A stretch of DNA of 45,623 bases from a virus (lineage: Duplodnaviria > Heunggongvirae > Uroviricota > Caudoviricetes), in the IMG/VR virus record IMGVR_UViG_2537561936_000015. One strand, given 5' to 3'. Position numbers and translations under genes: made by a program. Below the pieces are notes generated by a model, which was not told where the DNA came from, made no database searches, and saw only the letters and a program-made list of their open reading frames with translations. Of this stretch, positions 17,021-30,964 are shown piece after piece. Position 1 is the first letter of the stretch; each line of letters begins with the position of its first letter.

Positions 17021-18103
17021 TTAGAACTGGTAAACCATACCTACAGCAACGATATCATCGGTAGCAACGCCAGATGCTTTCGTGAAATCGCTCTTATCAA
17101 TCAGGTTGATTTTGTAATCAACAAAAGTGGACATATTTTTGTTGAAGTAATAGGTTGCACCTACATCAATATATTCAACCAGGTCCTGATCACCCCACGC
17201 ACCCAAGTCTTTTCCTTTAGATTGCAGGTAAGCAACGGACGGACGCAGACCGAAGTCGAACTGATATTGTGCAACTACTTCGAAGTTTTGTGCTTTGTTG
17301 GCAATATGGTTATTACCAAAAACAGTCATGTTCTGGGTTTCAGAATAGGTGGTAGCCAGATAGATGTTGTTCGCATCATATTTCAGACCAGCTGCCCATA
17401 CTTCAGCATTTTGACCAGATGCATTCAGGCTGTTGTTACCGTAGATAACCTGATTATTAGTGCGGTCAGATTTAGCATAGGTTGCACCTACACCGAATCC
17501 TTCATACTCATAAGTAGTGGAGAAACCGAAACCATCACCATTAGCTTCAGTTACGTCAGTGCGGTCATTTTTACCCTGATACTGAGCAGCAAAGTTCAGA
17601 CCATCAACCAGACCAAAGAAGTCATTGTTACGATAAGTTGCAACACCTGTGGTGCGACCAGTCATGAATACATCTGTTTGGGTCCAGGTATCGCCACCGA
17701 ATTCTGGCAGAACGTCGGTCCATGCACCAATATCGTATGCTACACCGTAGTTACGGCCATAATCGATGGAGCCGTAGTCACCGAATTTCAGGCCAGCGAA
17801 GGCAAGACGGGTTTTGTCTTTGGAGGAACCTTGAGATTCAGCGCGGTTGCCTTTGAATTCATATTCCCACTGACCGAAACCAGTCAGTTGATCGTTGATT
17901 TGGGTTTCACCTTTGAAGCCAAGACGGGCATAAGTAGTATCACCATCATCTGCATCATTAGAGGAGAAGTAGTGCTTAGCATTAACTTTCCCGTACAGAT
18001 CCAGCTTGTTACTGTCTTTATTATAAATTTCAGCTGCCTGAGCAGACATCGCCATCAGTACTGATGCAGCTACAGCAGAAATTGCCACTGTTAATTTTTT
18101 CAT
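17021..18103 (-). CDS. nmpC: Outer membrane porin (NmpC/OmpD, OmpC family), lysogenic-conversion gene, apparently intact
   Basis: 360-aa ORF with signal peptide [24 protein letters not shown]-terminal ..VAVGMVYQF typical of general porins; opposite strand between Q and lysis genes as in DLP12. Confidence 0.9.
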   Translation of the reverse strand: MKKLTVAISAVAASVLMAMSAQAAEIYNKDSNKLDLYGKVNAKHYFSSNDADDGDTTYARLGFKGETQINDQLTGFGQWEYEFKGNRAESQGSSKDKTRLAFAGLKFGDYGSIDYGRNYGVAYDIGAWTDVLPEFGGDTWTQTDVFMTGRTTGVATYRNNDFFGLVDGLNFAAQYQGKNDRTDVTEANGDGFGFSTTYEYEGFGVGATYAKSDRTNNQVIYGNNSLNASGQNAEVWAAGLKYDANNIYLATTYSETQNMTVFGNNHIANKAQNFEVVAQYQFDFGLRPSVAYLQSKGKDLGAWGDQDLVEYIDVGATYYFNKNMSTFVDYKINLIDKSDFTKASGVATDDIVAVGMVYQF

Positions 18104-18439
18104 CGTGAGCCCTTTTTTTGAACTATTATTAAAAAATGATGTCACTGCGCGATAAATATTCATCTAATCAATGTGATTATTTCAAGATGTAAGTTTTGGT
18201 TTCTCATTTGATTTGTGAAGTAGATCTCTATTTTTATCTGAACTTTTTCTATCGAATCCTATTCATGGCTCTTGGCTGAATAAAAATAAATCTATTAGCC
18301 AATTTATATTAATGGCTGTTATTTATAAGTGCTCTATAATTTGAAGGTTCAATTTAAACCAGCTAAAAATAACGCTGGAAATTATTTGTTGGTTATTTGT
18401 TGAGATTTGCTTATGTATTTGTAGTGGTGTTTTCAATAC

Positions 18440-18529
18440 TCGGTAGCATTCTCGCAAATATCATTTAGTGGTTTACGTACGTAAAAAATTGGTTATGCTG
18501 TTAAGAGTGGTTACTTCGTCACACAGCTT
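18440..18529 (+). promoter_or_regulatory. Candidate late promoter PR' / Q-utilisation region upstream of tR' (exact hexamers uncertain)
   Basis: AT-rich region with candidate -35 TTTACG / -10 TATGCT ~60 nt upstream of strong terminator and ~200 nt upstream of holin gene. Confidence 0.3.
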
Positions 18530-18565
18530 AAACCCGCCGTCGAGCGGGTTTTTCCATTTTTTGAG
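18530..18565 (+). terminator. Rho-independent terminator (tR'-like) AAACCCGC-cgtcga-GCGGGTTT + U-run
   Basis: Perfect 8-bp stem followed by TTTCCATTTTTT, just upstream of essD. Confidence 0.6.
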
Positions 18566-18690
18566 TCTCGATATTAGCTGATAACCCAATACCTGAGTTA
18601 TTCACTGACTCCGAGTCTGTTACGTTTCTGCTTTTTTGCGATACGTTGTATTCCCTCAATTTACACCCGCTTTGTCTGCGAGGTGGGGTT

Positions 18691-18906
18691 ATGAAATCCA
18701 TGGATAAGTTAACAACGGGTGTCGCCTATGGCACCTCAGCAGGTAGTGCCGGTTACTGGTTTTTACAGCTGCTCGATAAAGTCACGCCCTCACAGTGGGC
18801 AGCAATAGGTGTGCTGGGTAGCTTGGTATTTGGCCTGCTGACGTACCTGACAAACCTTTATTTCAAGATTAAAGAAGATAAGCGCAAGGCTGCGAGAGGT
18901 GAATAA
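18691..18906 (+). CDS. essD: Class II holin (pinholin, S21/EssD type) with dual-start motif MKSM
   Basis: 71-aa [71 protein letters not shown]. Confidence 0.85.
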
Positions 18907-19403
18907 TGCCTCCATCATTACGAAAAGCCGTTGCTGCTGCTATTGGTGGCGGAGCAATTGCTATAGCATCAGTGTTAATCACTGGCCCAAGTGGTAACGA
19001 TGGTCTGGAAGGTGTCAGCTACATACCATACAAAGATATCGTTGGCGTATGGACTGTATGTCACGGGCATACAGGAAAAGACATCATTCCCGGTAAAACG
19101 TATACCGAAGCAGAATGCAAAGCCCTCCTGAATAAAGACCTTGCCACGGTAGCCAGACAAATTAACCCGTACATCAAAGTCGATATACCGGAAACAACGC
19201 GCGGCGCTCTTTACTCGTTCGTCTATAACGTGGGCGCAGGCAATTTCAGAACATCTACTCTTCTTCGCAAAATAAACCAGGGCGATATCAAGGGCGCATG
19301 TGACCAGCTACGTCGCTGGGCATACGCTGGCGGTAAGCAATGGAAAGGCCTGATGACTCGTCGTGAGATTGAGCGTGAGGTCTGTTTGTGGGGGCAACAA
19401 TGA
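18906..19403 (+). CDS. rrrD: SAR endolysin (lysozyme, R21/RrrD type)
   Basis: 165-aa ORF with N-terminal signal-anchor-release segment ([20 protein letters not shown]) and lysozyme domain. Confidence 0.9.
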   Translation: MPPSLRKAVAAAIGGGAIAIASVLITGPSGNDGLEGVSYIPYKDIVGVWTVCHGHTGKDIIPGKTYTEAECKALLNKDLATVARQINPYIKVDIPETTRGALYSFVYNVGAGNFRTSTLLRKINQGDIKGACDQLRRWAYAGGKQWKGLMTRREIEREVCLWGQQ

Positions 19404-19867
19404 GCAGGGTAACCGCGATTATCTCCGCTCTGGTTATCTGCATCATCGTCTGCCTGTCATGGGCTGTTAATCATTACCGTGATAATGCAATCGCCTACAA
19501 AGAACAGCGCGATAACAAGGCCAGTGAACTGGAGAAGGCGAACGCCACCATTACTGACATGCAGCAGCGCCAGCGTGATGCTGATGCACTCGATGATAAA
19601 TACACGAAGGAGTTAGCTGATGCGAAAGCTGAAAATGATGCTCTTCGGCGCAAGCTTGATAATGGTGGTCGGGTGCTCGTCAAAGGAAAATGCCCTGTGC
19701 CATCCTCAGCCGAAACCTCCAGCGCCTCCGGCATGGGCAATGATGCCACCGTCGAACTCTCTCCAGTTGCTGGACGAAACGTTCTCGGTATCCGGGACGG
19801 AATTATCCGCGACCAAACAGCACTGAGAACGCTTCAGGAATACATCAGGACGCAATGCCTTCGATGA
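19400..19867 (+). CDS. rzpD: Spanin inner-membrane subunit Rz
   Basis: 155-aa ORF with N-terminal TM ([20 protein letters not shown]) and coiled-coil; overlaps endolysin stop. Confidence 0.8.
   Translation: MSRVTAIISALVICIIVCLSWAVNHYRDNAIAYKEQRDNKASELEKANATITDMQQRQRDADALDDKYTKELADAKAENDALRRKLDNGGRVLVKGKCPVPSSAETSSASGMGNDATVELSPVAGRNVLGIRDGIIRDQTALRTLQEYIRTQCLR
19620..19826 (+). CDS. rzoD: Spanin outer-membrane lipoprotein subunit Rz1, embedded in +1 frame of Rz
   Basis: 68-aa ORF with lipobox (MVVGC) and proline-rich segment [11 protein letters not shown]; AAGGAG RBS 7 nt upstream. Confidence 0.75.
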   Translation: MRKLKMMLFGASLIMVVGCSSKENALCHPQPKPPAPPAWAMMPPSNSLQLLDETFSVSGTELSATKQH

Positions 19868-20041
19868 TAGCGATAATTTTACTCATCATCCTTCACATCT
19901 GGCTCTGTAGACAGGGTGGTGCTCACTTCTGGAGTGAATCCAGATTAAACATCTCATTGCTGATGCTTGATATTGAGCATTTTGCGCGCGGTAAGGGGCT
20001 GCGTTGAGATAAGAACCAGTCATTACAAATACCAGGATTTA

Positions 20042-20065
20042 GCCTCGCATTCGCGGGGCTTTTTA
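20042..20065 (+). terminator. Putative rho-independent terminator downstream of lysis cassette
   Basis: Hairpin GCCTCGC-attc-GCGGGGC followed by TTTTTATT. Confidence 0.4.
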
Positions 20066-20358
20066 TTGCCATTACAAAAGCCACTTCCTACAGAGTGGCT
20101 TTGATAATGGTTTATACCCTACACGGGATAACTTAACTGATATCCCTTTTAAAGGATAAAGGTATTCAAGCCTGACACATCATGCGCTGTATCGTCGCCG
20201 TATTCCCGTATTAACAGAGACCGTAGCCCGACGGGGAACTCCTTCTGCGCGAGTGTGCGGGAATAATCAAAAACGATGCACACCGGGGTTACCGGGTACA
20301 CATATTTCATCATGCCAGCGAGTCCGGTTCTGGCACGGAAGAAACCGGACGTTATGAT

Positions 20359-20769
20359 TTAGTGCGGAAATATTTGTGTAGTGTTCTGAATGTTCTCAGT
20401 AAAGAGTAATGAATTATCAAAGGTATAGTAATACCTTTTGTTTTCGTGGATATTTGTAATCCATCTGAAAACCCCTGCTGTAGCAAGATTTTTCCTGTAT
20501 TCGTAAAATGATAACTCTCCTGATTTGAATCCTTTTAAGGTGGCTTCTATAAGGCATTTATTTTTTGAAAATCTTACATTTACAACCTTACCCTGTCCTT
20601 TTATTAAAACCGTATTATCGTTTTCAAGAACAAGATGAATATTCTCTGTAGCTAAATAGTAAATGTAATGTGAGACATTGTGACGTTTTAGTTCAGAATA
20701 AAACCAGTGATAGTTTAAATTATTTCGCACTTTATCGAATATTTGTTTAAAAATGGCAACCTGAGCCAT
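20359..20769 (-). CDS. ybcV: DUF1398-family protein YbcV-like
   Basis: 136-aa [67 protein letters not shown].. recognised as DLP12 YbcV-like. Confidence 0.7.
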   Translation of the reverse strand: MAQVAIFKQIFDKVRNNLNYHWFYSELKRHNVSHYIYYLATENIHLVLENDNTVLIKGQGKVVNVRFSKNKCLIEATLKGFKSGELSFYEYRKNLATAGVFRWITNIHENKRYYYTFDNSLLFTENIQNTTQIFPH

Positions 20770-20825
20770 TGTAGTACCTTCCATGTGATATGAGGGGCGT
20801 AGTCTGCACGATTATCTAAATTGCT

Positions 20826-21059
20826 TCAATCTGGTCTGATCTGTTTTCTGAGCAATTCAGTAATGTCACTCTTTTCTTTGTTTGCTTCAGGAGAAACTCT
20901 TTTTTCTGAGCACAGTCTCCGGCGGCAGGCTTCAATGACCCAGGCTGAGAAATTCCCGGACCCTTTTTGATCAAGAGCGATGTTAATTTGTTCAATCATT
21001 TGGTTAGGAAAGCGGATGTTGCGGATTGTTGTTCTGCGGGTTCTGTTCTTCGTTGACAT
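20826..21059 (-). CDS. Small ribbon-helix-helix-like protein (YlcI-like) adjacent to cos
   Basis: 77-aa MSTKNRTRRTTIRNIRFPNQMIEQINIALDQKGSGNFSAWVIEACRRRL.. Confidence 0.6.
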   Translation of the reverse strand: MSTKNRTRRTTIRNIRFPNQMIEQINIALDQKGSGNFSAWVIEACRRRLCSEKRVSPEANKEKSDITELLRKQIRPD

Positions 21060-21258
21060 GAGGTTGTCCCGTATTTAGTGTCGCTGATTTGTATTGTCTG
21101 AAGTTGTTTTTACGTTAAGTTGATGCAGATCAATTAATATGATACCTGCGTCATAATTGATTATTTGACGTGGTTTGATGGCGTAGATGCACGTTGTGAC
21201 ATGCAGATGATAATTATTATCATTTTGCGGGTCCTTTCCGGCGATCCGACAGGTTACG

Positions 21259-21270
21259 GGGCGGCGACCT
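21259..21270. other. cos: cosN cohesive-end site GGGCGGCGACCT (lambda cos); cosB/Nu1-binding region extends to ~21445
   Basis: Exact lambda left-end sequence GGGCGGCGACCTCGCGGGTTTTCGCTATTTATGAAAA.. preceding Nu1. Confidence 0.9.
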
Positions 21271-21447
21271 CGCGGGTTTTCGCTATTTATGAAAAATTTC
21301 CGGTTTAAGGCGTTTCCGTTCTTCTTCGTCATAACTTAATGTTTTTATTTAAAATACCCTCTGAAAAGAAAGGAAACGACAGGTGCTGAAAGCGAGCTTT
21401 TTGGCCTCTGTCGTTTCCTTTCTCTGTTTTTGTCCGTGGAATGAACA

Positions 21448-21967
21448 ATGGAAGTCAACAAAAAGCAGCTGGCTGACATTTTCGGTGCGAGTATCCGTAC
21501 CATTCAGAACTGGCAGGAACAGGGAATGCCCGTTCTGCGAGGCGGTGGCAAGGGTAATGAGGTGCTTTATGACTCTGCCGCCGTCATAAAATGGTATGCC
21601 AAAAGGGATGCTGAAATTGAGAACGAAAAGCTGCGCCGGGAGGTTGAAGAACTGCGGCAGGCCAGCGAGGCAGATCTCCAGCCAGGGACTATTGAGTACG
21701 AACGCCATCGACTTACGCGTGCGCAGGCCGACGCACAGGAACTGAAGAATGCCAGAGACTCCGCTGAAGTGGTGGAAACCGCATTCTGTACTTTCGTGCT
21801 GTCGCGGATCGCAGGTGAAATTGCCAGTATTCTCGACGGGATCCCCCTGTCGGTGCAGCGGCGTTTTCCGGAACTGGAAAACCGACATGTTGATTTCCTG
21901 AAACGGGATATCATCAAAGCCATGAACAAAGCAGCCGCGCTGGATGAACTGATACCGGGGTTGCTGA

Positions 21968-21993
<26 letters not shown>
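21448..21993 (+). CDS. nu1: Terminase small subunit Nu1
   Basis: 181-aa MEVNKKQLADIFGASIRTIQNWQEQGMPVLRGGGKGNEVLYDSAAVIKWYAKRDAEIENEKLRRE.. recognised as lambda Nu1. Confidence 0.97.
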
Positions 21994-25674
<3,681 letters not shown>

Positions 25675-25694
<20 letters not shown>

Positions 25695-26994
25695 TCTCCC
25701 GCATATTGCCAGCATGGCTTTTAATGAGCCGCTGATGCTTGACCCCGCCTATGCGCGGGTTTTCTTTTGTGCGCTTGCAGGCCAGCTTGGGATCAGTCGC
25801 CTGACGGATGCAGTATCCGGCGACAGCCTGACTGCCGGAGAGGCACCCGCGGCGCTGGCGTTATCCGGTGATGATGACGGACCACGACAGGCCCGCAGTT
25901 ATCAGGTCATGAACGGCATCGCCGTGCTGCCGGTGTCCGGTACGCTGGTCAGCCGGACGCGGGCGCTGCAGCCGTATTCGGGAATGACCGGTTACAACGG
26001 CATTATCGCCCGTCTGCAACAGGCTGCCAGCGATCCGATGGTGGACGGCATTCTGCTCGATATGGACACACCGGGCGGGATGGTGGCGGGAGCATTTGAC
26101 TGTGCTGACATCATCGCCCGTGTGCGTGACATAAAGCCGGTATGGGCGCTGGCCAACGACATGAACTGCAGTGCAGGTCAGCTGCTTGCCAGCGCCGCCT
26201 CCCGGCGTCTGGTCACGCAGACCGCCCGGACAGGCTCCATCGGCGTCATGATGGCTCACAGTAATTACGGCGCTGCGCTGGAGAAACAGGGCGTGGAAAT
26301 CACGCTGATTTACAGCGGCAGCCATAAGGTGGATGGCAACCCCTACAGCCATCTACCGGGTGATGTCCGGGAGACACTGCAGTCCCGGATGGATGCAACC
26401 CGCCGGATGTTTGCGCAGAAGGTGTCGGCATATACCGGCCTGTCCGTGCAGGCTGTGCTGGATACCGAGGCTGCAGTGTACAGCGGTCAGGAGGCCATTG
26501 ATGCCGGACTGGCTGATGAACTTGTCAACAGCACCGATGCGATCACCGTTATGCGTGATGCACTGGATGCACGTAAATCCCGTTTCTCAGGAGGGCGAAT
26601 GACCAAAGAGACTCAATCAACAACTGTTTCAGCCACTGCTTCGCAGGCTGACGTTACTGACGTGGTGCAAGCGACGGAGGGCGAAAACGCCAGCGCGGCG
26701 CAGCCGGACGTGAACGCGCAGATCACCGCTGCGGTTGCGGCAGAAAACAGCCGCATTATGGGGATCCTCAACTGTGAGGAGGCTCACGGACGCGAAGAAC
26801 AGGCACGTGTGCTGGCCGAAACCCCCGGTATGACCGTGGAAACGGCCCGCCGCATTCTGGCAGCTGCACCACAGAGTGCACAGGCGCGCAGTGACACTGC
26901 GCTGGATCGTCTGATGCAGGGGGCACCGGCACCACTGGCTGCAGGTAACCCGGCATCTGATGCCGTTAACGATTTGCTGAACACACCAGTGTAA
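25675..26994 (+). CDS. C: Head protease/scaffold-fusion protein C (GTG start)
   Basis: 439-aa from VTAELRNLPHIASMAFNEPLML..; overlaps B 3' end; ClpP/SppA-like fold region. Confidence 0.9.
26389..26994 (+). CDS. nu3: Scaffolding protein Nu3 (in-frame internal start within C)
   Basis: In-frame ATG at 26389 (MDATRRMFAQKVS..) sharing stop with C as in lambda. Confidence 0.65.
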   Translation: MDATRRMFAQKVSAYTGLSVQAVLDTEAAVYSGQEAIDAGLADELVNSTDAITVMRDALDARKSRFSGGRMTKETQSTTVSATASQADVTDVVQATEGENASAAQPDVNAQITAAVAAENSRIMGILNCEEAHGREEQARVLAETPGMTVETARRILAAAPQSAQARSDTALDRLMQGAPAPLAAGNPASDAVNDLLNTPV

Positions 26995-27003
26995 GGGATG
27001 TTT

Positions 27004-27336
27004 ATGACGAGCAAAGAACCCTTTACCCATTACCAGCCGCTGGGCAACAGTGACCCGGCACATACGGCAACCGCGCCCGGCGGATTGAGTGCGAAAGCGC
27101 CTGCAATGACCCCGCTGATGCCGGATACCTCCACCCGTAAGCTGGTTGCGTGGGATGGCACCACCGACGGTACTGCCGTTGGCATTCTGGCGGTTGATGC
27201 TGACCAGACCAGCACCACGCTGACGTTCTACAAGTCCGGCACGTTCCGTTATGAGGATGTGCTCTGGCCGGAGGCTGCCAGCGACGAGACGAAAAAACGG
27301 ACCGCGTTTGCCGGAACGGCAATCAGCATCGTTTAA
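27004..27336 (+). CDS. D: Capsid decoration protein D
   Basis: 110-aa [64 protein letters not shown].. Confidence 0.95.
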   Translation: MTSKEPFTHYQPLGNSDPAHTATAPGGLSAKAPAMTPLMPDTSTRKLVAWDGTTDGTAVGILAVDADQTSTTLTFYKSGTFRYEDVLWPEAASDETKKRTAFAGTAISIV

Positions 27337-27391
27337 CCTTACCCTTCATCACTAAAGGCCGCCTGTGCGGCTTTTTTTACGGGATTTTTTT

Positions 27392-28417
27392 ATGTCGATG
27401 TACACAACCGCCCAGCTGCTGGCGGCAAATGAGCAGTAATTTAAGTTTGATCCGCTGTTTCTGCGTCTCTTTTTCCGTGAGAGCTATCCCTTCACCACGG
27501 AGAAAGTCTATCTCTCACAAATTCCGGGACTGGTAAACATGGCGCTGTACGTTTCGCCGATTGTTTCCGGTGAGGTTATCCGTTCCCGTGGCGGCTCCAC
27601 CTCTGAATTTACGCCGGGATATGTCAAACCCAAGCATGAGGTGAATCCGCAGATGACCCTGCGTCGCCTGCCGGATGAAGATCCGCAGAATCTGGCGGAC
27701 CCGGCTTACCGCCGCCGTCGCATCATCATGCAGAACATGCGAGACGAAGAGCTGGCCATTGCTCAGGTCGAAGAGATGCAGGCAGTTTCTGCTGTGCTTA
27801 AGGGCAAATACACCATGACCGGTGAAGCCTTCGATCCGGTTGAGGTGGATATGGGCCGCAGTGCGGCGAACAACATCACACAGTCCGGTGGTACGGAGTG
27901 GAGCAAGCGTGACAAGTCCACGTATGACCCGACCGACGATATCGAAGCCTATGCGCTGAACGCCAGCGGCGTGGTGAATATCATCGTGTTTGATCCGAAA
28001 GGCTGGGCGCTGTTCCGTTCCTTCAAAGCCGTCAAGGAGAAGCTGGATACCCGTCGCGGCTCTCATTCCGAGCTGGAGACAGCGGTAAAAGACCTGGGCG
28101 AAGCGGTGTCCTATAAGGGGATGTATGGCGATACGGCGATCGTCGTGTATTCCGGACAGTACGTGGAAAACGACGTCAAAAAGAACTTCCTGCCGGACAA
28201 CACGATGGTGCTGGGGAACACTCAGGCACGCGGTCTGCGCACCTATGGCTGCATTCAGGATGCGGACGCACAGCGCGAAGGTATTAACGCCTCTGCCCGC
28301 TACCCGAAAAACTGGGTGACCACCGGCGATCCGGCGCGTGAGTTCACCATGATTCAGTCAGCCCCGCTGATGCTGCTGGCTGATCCTGATGCGTTCGTGT
28401 CCGTACAACTGGCGTAA
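27392..28417 (+). pseudogene. E: Major capsid protein E with in-frame TAA at codon 16 (27437-27439); next in-frame ATG at 27539
   Basis: ATG at 27392 encodes MSMYTTAQLLAANEQ then TAA, then the same frame continues FKFDPLFLRLFFRESYPFTTEKVYLSQIPGLVNMALYVSP.. to 28417. Confidence 0.8.
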
Positions 28418-28458
28418 TCATGGCCCTTCGGGGCCATTTTCTCTCTGTGGAGGAGTCC

Positions 28459-28854
28459 ATGACGAAAGATGAACTGATTGCCCGTCTTCAGGTGCTGGGT
28501 GAGCAACTGAACCGTGATGTCAGCCTGACGGGGACGAAAGAAGAACTGGTGCTCCGTGTGGCAGAGCTGGAAGAGGAGCTTGATGACACGGATGACGCTG
28601 CCGGTCAGGACACATCTGTCAGCCCGGAAAATGCGCTGACCGGACATGAAAATGAGGTGGTATCAGCGCAGCCGGATACCGTGATTGATACGGCTGCTCT
28701 GGTCACGGTCGTGGCACTGGTGACGCTGCATACTGATGCACTTCACGCCACGCGGGATGAGCCTGTGGCATTTGTGCTGCCGGGAACGGCGTTTCGTGTC
28801 TCTGCCGGTGTGGCAGCCGAAATGACAGAACATGGCCTGGCCAGAATGCAATAA
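28459..28854 (+). CDS. FI: DNA packaging/head assembly protein FI
   Basis: 131-aa MTKDELIARLQVLGEQLNRDVSLTGTKEELVLRVAELEEELDDTDDAAG..; GGAGG RBS. Confidence 0.9.
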   Translation: MTKDELIARLQVLGEQLNRDVSLTGTKEELVLRVAELEEELDDTDDAAGQDTSVSPENALTGHENEVVSAQPDTVIDTAALVTVVALVTLHTDALHATRDEPVAFVLPGTAFRVSAGVAAEMTEHGLARMQ

Positions 28855-28865
28855 CGGGAGGCGCT

Positions 28866-29219
28866 GTGGCTGATTCCGATAACCTGTTCGATGCTGCCAT
28901 TGCCCGCGCCGATGAAACGATACGCGGGTACATGGGAACGTCAGCCACCATGACATCCGGTGAGCTGTCCGGTGCTGTGATACGTGGTGTTTTTGATGAC
29001 CCTGAAAATATCAGCTATGCCGGACAGGGGGTGCGCGTTGAAGGCTCCAGCCCGTCCCTGTTTGTCCGGACTGATGATGTGCGGCAGCTGCGGCGTGGAG
29101 ACACACTGACCATCGGCGAGGAAAACTTCTGGGTGGACCGGATTTCGCCGGATGATGGCGGAAGCTGTCATCTCTGGCTTGGGCGGGGCGTACCGCCTGC
29201 CGTTAACCGTCGCCGCTGA
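28866..29219 (+). CDS. FII: Head-tail connector protein FII
   Basis: 117-aa ORF recognised as lambda gpFII. Confidence 0.95.
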   Translation: MADSDNLFDAAIARADETIRGYMGTSATMTSGELSGAVIRGVFDDPENISYAGQGVRVEGSSPSLFVRTDDVRQLRRGDTLTIGEENFWVDRISPDDGGSCHLWLGRGVPPAVNRRR

Positions 29220-29230
29220 AGGGGGGATGT

Positions 29231-29809
29231 ATGGCCATAAAAGGTCTTGAGCAGGCCGTTGAAAACCTCAGTCGTATCAGCAAAACGGCGGTGCCCGGTG
29301 CGTCAGCAATGGCCATTAACCGCGTTGCGTCATCCGCGATATCGCAGTCTGCGTCACAGGTTGCCCGTGAGACAAGGGTACGCCGGAAACTGGTAAAGGA
29401 AAGGGCCAGGCTGAAAAGGGCCACGGTTAAAAATCCGCAGGCCAGAATCAGGGTTAACCGGGGGGATTTGCCCGTAATCAAGCTGGGTAACGCGCGGGTT
29501 GTCCTGTCCCGACGCAGGCGTCGTAAAAAGGGGCAGCGTTCATCCCTGAAAGGTGGCGGCAGCGTGCTTGTGGTGGGAAACCGTCGTATTCCCGGCGCGT
29601 TTATTCAGCAACTGAAAAATGGCCGCTGGCATGTCATGCAGCGTGTGGCCGGGAAAAACCGTTACCCCATTGATGTGGTGAAAATCCCGATGGCGGTGCC
29701 GCTGACCACGGCGTTTAAACAGAATATTGAGCGGATACGGCGTGAGCGTCTTCCGAAAGAGCTGGGCTATGCGCTGCAGCATCAACTGAGGATGGTAATA
29801 AAGCGATGA
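29231..29809 (+). CDS. Z: Tail completion protein Z
   Basis: 192-aa ORF recognised as lambda gpZ. Confidence 0.95.
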   Translation: MAIKGLEQAVENLSRISKTAVPGASAMAINRVASSAISQSASQVARETRVRRKLVKERARLKRATVKNPQARIRVNRGDLPVIKLGNARVVLSRRRRRKKGQRSSLKGGGSVLVVGNRRIPGAFIQQLKNGRWHVMQRVAGKNRYPIDVVKIPMAVPLTTAFKQNIERIRRERLPKELGYALQHQLRMVIKR

Positions 29810-30201
29810 AACATACTGAACTCCGTGCAGCCGTACTGGATGCACTGGAGAAGCATGACACCGGGGCGACGTTTTTTGATGGTCGCCCCGCTGTTTTTGA
29901 TGAGGCGGATTTTCCGGCAGTTGCCGTTTATCTCACCGGCGCTGAATACACGGGCGAAGAGCTGGACAGCGATACCTGGCAGGCGGAGCTGCATATCGAA
30001 GTTTTCCTGCCTGCTCAGGTACCGGATTCAGAGCTGGATTCGTGGATGGAGTCCCGGATTTATCCGGTGATGAGCGATATCCCGGCACTGTCAGATTTGC
30101 TCACCAGTATGGTGGCCAGTGGCTATGACTACCGGCGCGACGATGATGCGGGCCTGTGGAGTTCTGCCGATCTGACTTATGTCATTACCTATGAAATGTG
30201 A
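29806..30201 (+). CDS. U: Tail terminator protein U
   Basis: 131-aa ORF recognised as lambda gpU. Confidence 0.95.
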   Translation: MKHTELRAAVLDALEKHDTGATFFDGRPAVFDEADFPAVAVYLTGAEYTGEELDSDTWQAELHIEVFLPAQVPDSELDSWMESRIYPVMSDIPALSDLLTSMVASGYDYRRDDDAGLWSSADLTYVITYEM

Positions 30202-30208
30202 GGACGAT

Positions 30209-30949
30209 ATGCCTGTACCAAATCCAGCAATACCGGTGAAAGGTGCCGGGACCACCCTGTGGGTTTATAACGGGAGCGGCGACCCTTATGCGAACCCGCT
30301 TTCAGACGTTGACTGGTCGCGTCTGGCTAAAGTTAAAGACCTGACGCCCGGCGAACTGACCGCTGAGTCCTATGACGACAGTTATCTCGATGATGAAGAT
30401 GCGGACTGGACCGCGACCGGGCAGGGGCAGAAATCCGCCGGAGATACCAGCTTCACGCTGGCGTGGATGCCCGGAGAGCAGGGGCAGCAGGCGCTGCTGG
30501 CGTGGTTTAATGAAGGTGATACCCGTGCCTATAAAATCCGCTTCCCGAACGGCACGGTCGATGTGTTCCGTGGCTGGGTCAGCAGTATCGGTAAGGCGGT
30601 GACGGCGAAGGAAGTGATCACCCGTACGGTGAAGGTCACCAATGTGGGCCGTCCGTCAATGGCAGAAGATCGCAGTACGGTGACGGCGGCAACCGGTATG
30701 ACTGTGACGCCTGCCAGCTCCTCGGTGGTGAAAGGGCAGAGCACCACGCTGACCGTGGCATTCCAGCCGGAGGGCGCAACTGACAAGAGCTTCCGTGCGG
30801 TGTCAGCGGATAAAACAAAAGCCACCGTGTCGGTCAGTGGTATGACCATCACCGTGAAAGGCGTTGCTGCAGGTAAGGTCAACATTCCGGTTGTATCCGG
30901 TAATGGTGAACTTGCTGCGGTTGCAGAAATCACTGTCACCGACAGTTAA
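30209..30949 (+). CDS. V: Major tail tube protein V
   Basis: 246-aa [67 protein letters not shown].. Confidence 0.95.
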   Translation: MPVPNPAIPVKGAGTTLWVYNGSGDPYANPLSDVDWSRLAKVKDLTPGELTAESYDDSYLDDEDADWTATGQGQKSAGDTSFTLAWMPGEQGQQALLAWFNEGDTRAYKIRFPNGTVDVFRGWVSSIGKAVTAKEVITRTVKVTNVGRPSMAEDRSTVTAATGMTVTPASSSVVKGQSTTLTVAFQPEGATDKSFRAVSADKTKATVSVSGMTITVKGVAAGKVNIPVVSGNGELAAVAEITVTDS

Positions 30950-30964
30950 TCCGGAGAGTCAGCG

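Noticed and set aside
17222-18064. 280-aa plus-strand ORF
   Set aside because: Antisense to porin gene nmpC, which has a signal peptide and porin C-terminus; the plus-strand frame has no recognisable features
20149-20313. 54-aa minus-strand ORF (MMKYVYPVTPVCIVFDYSR..) where lambda carries bor
   Set aside because: No convincing RBS and no resemblance to Bor lipoprotein; cannot be supported from sequence alone
21075-21332. 85-aa minus-strand ORF overlapping the cos site
   Set aside because: Spans cosN and flanking packaging sequence; no RBS; coding here is implausible
27515-28066. 183-aa minus-strand ORF
   Set aside because: Antisense within major capsid gene E
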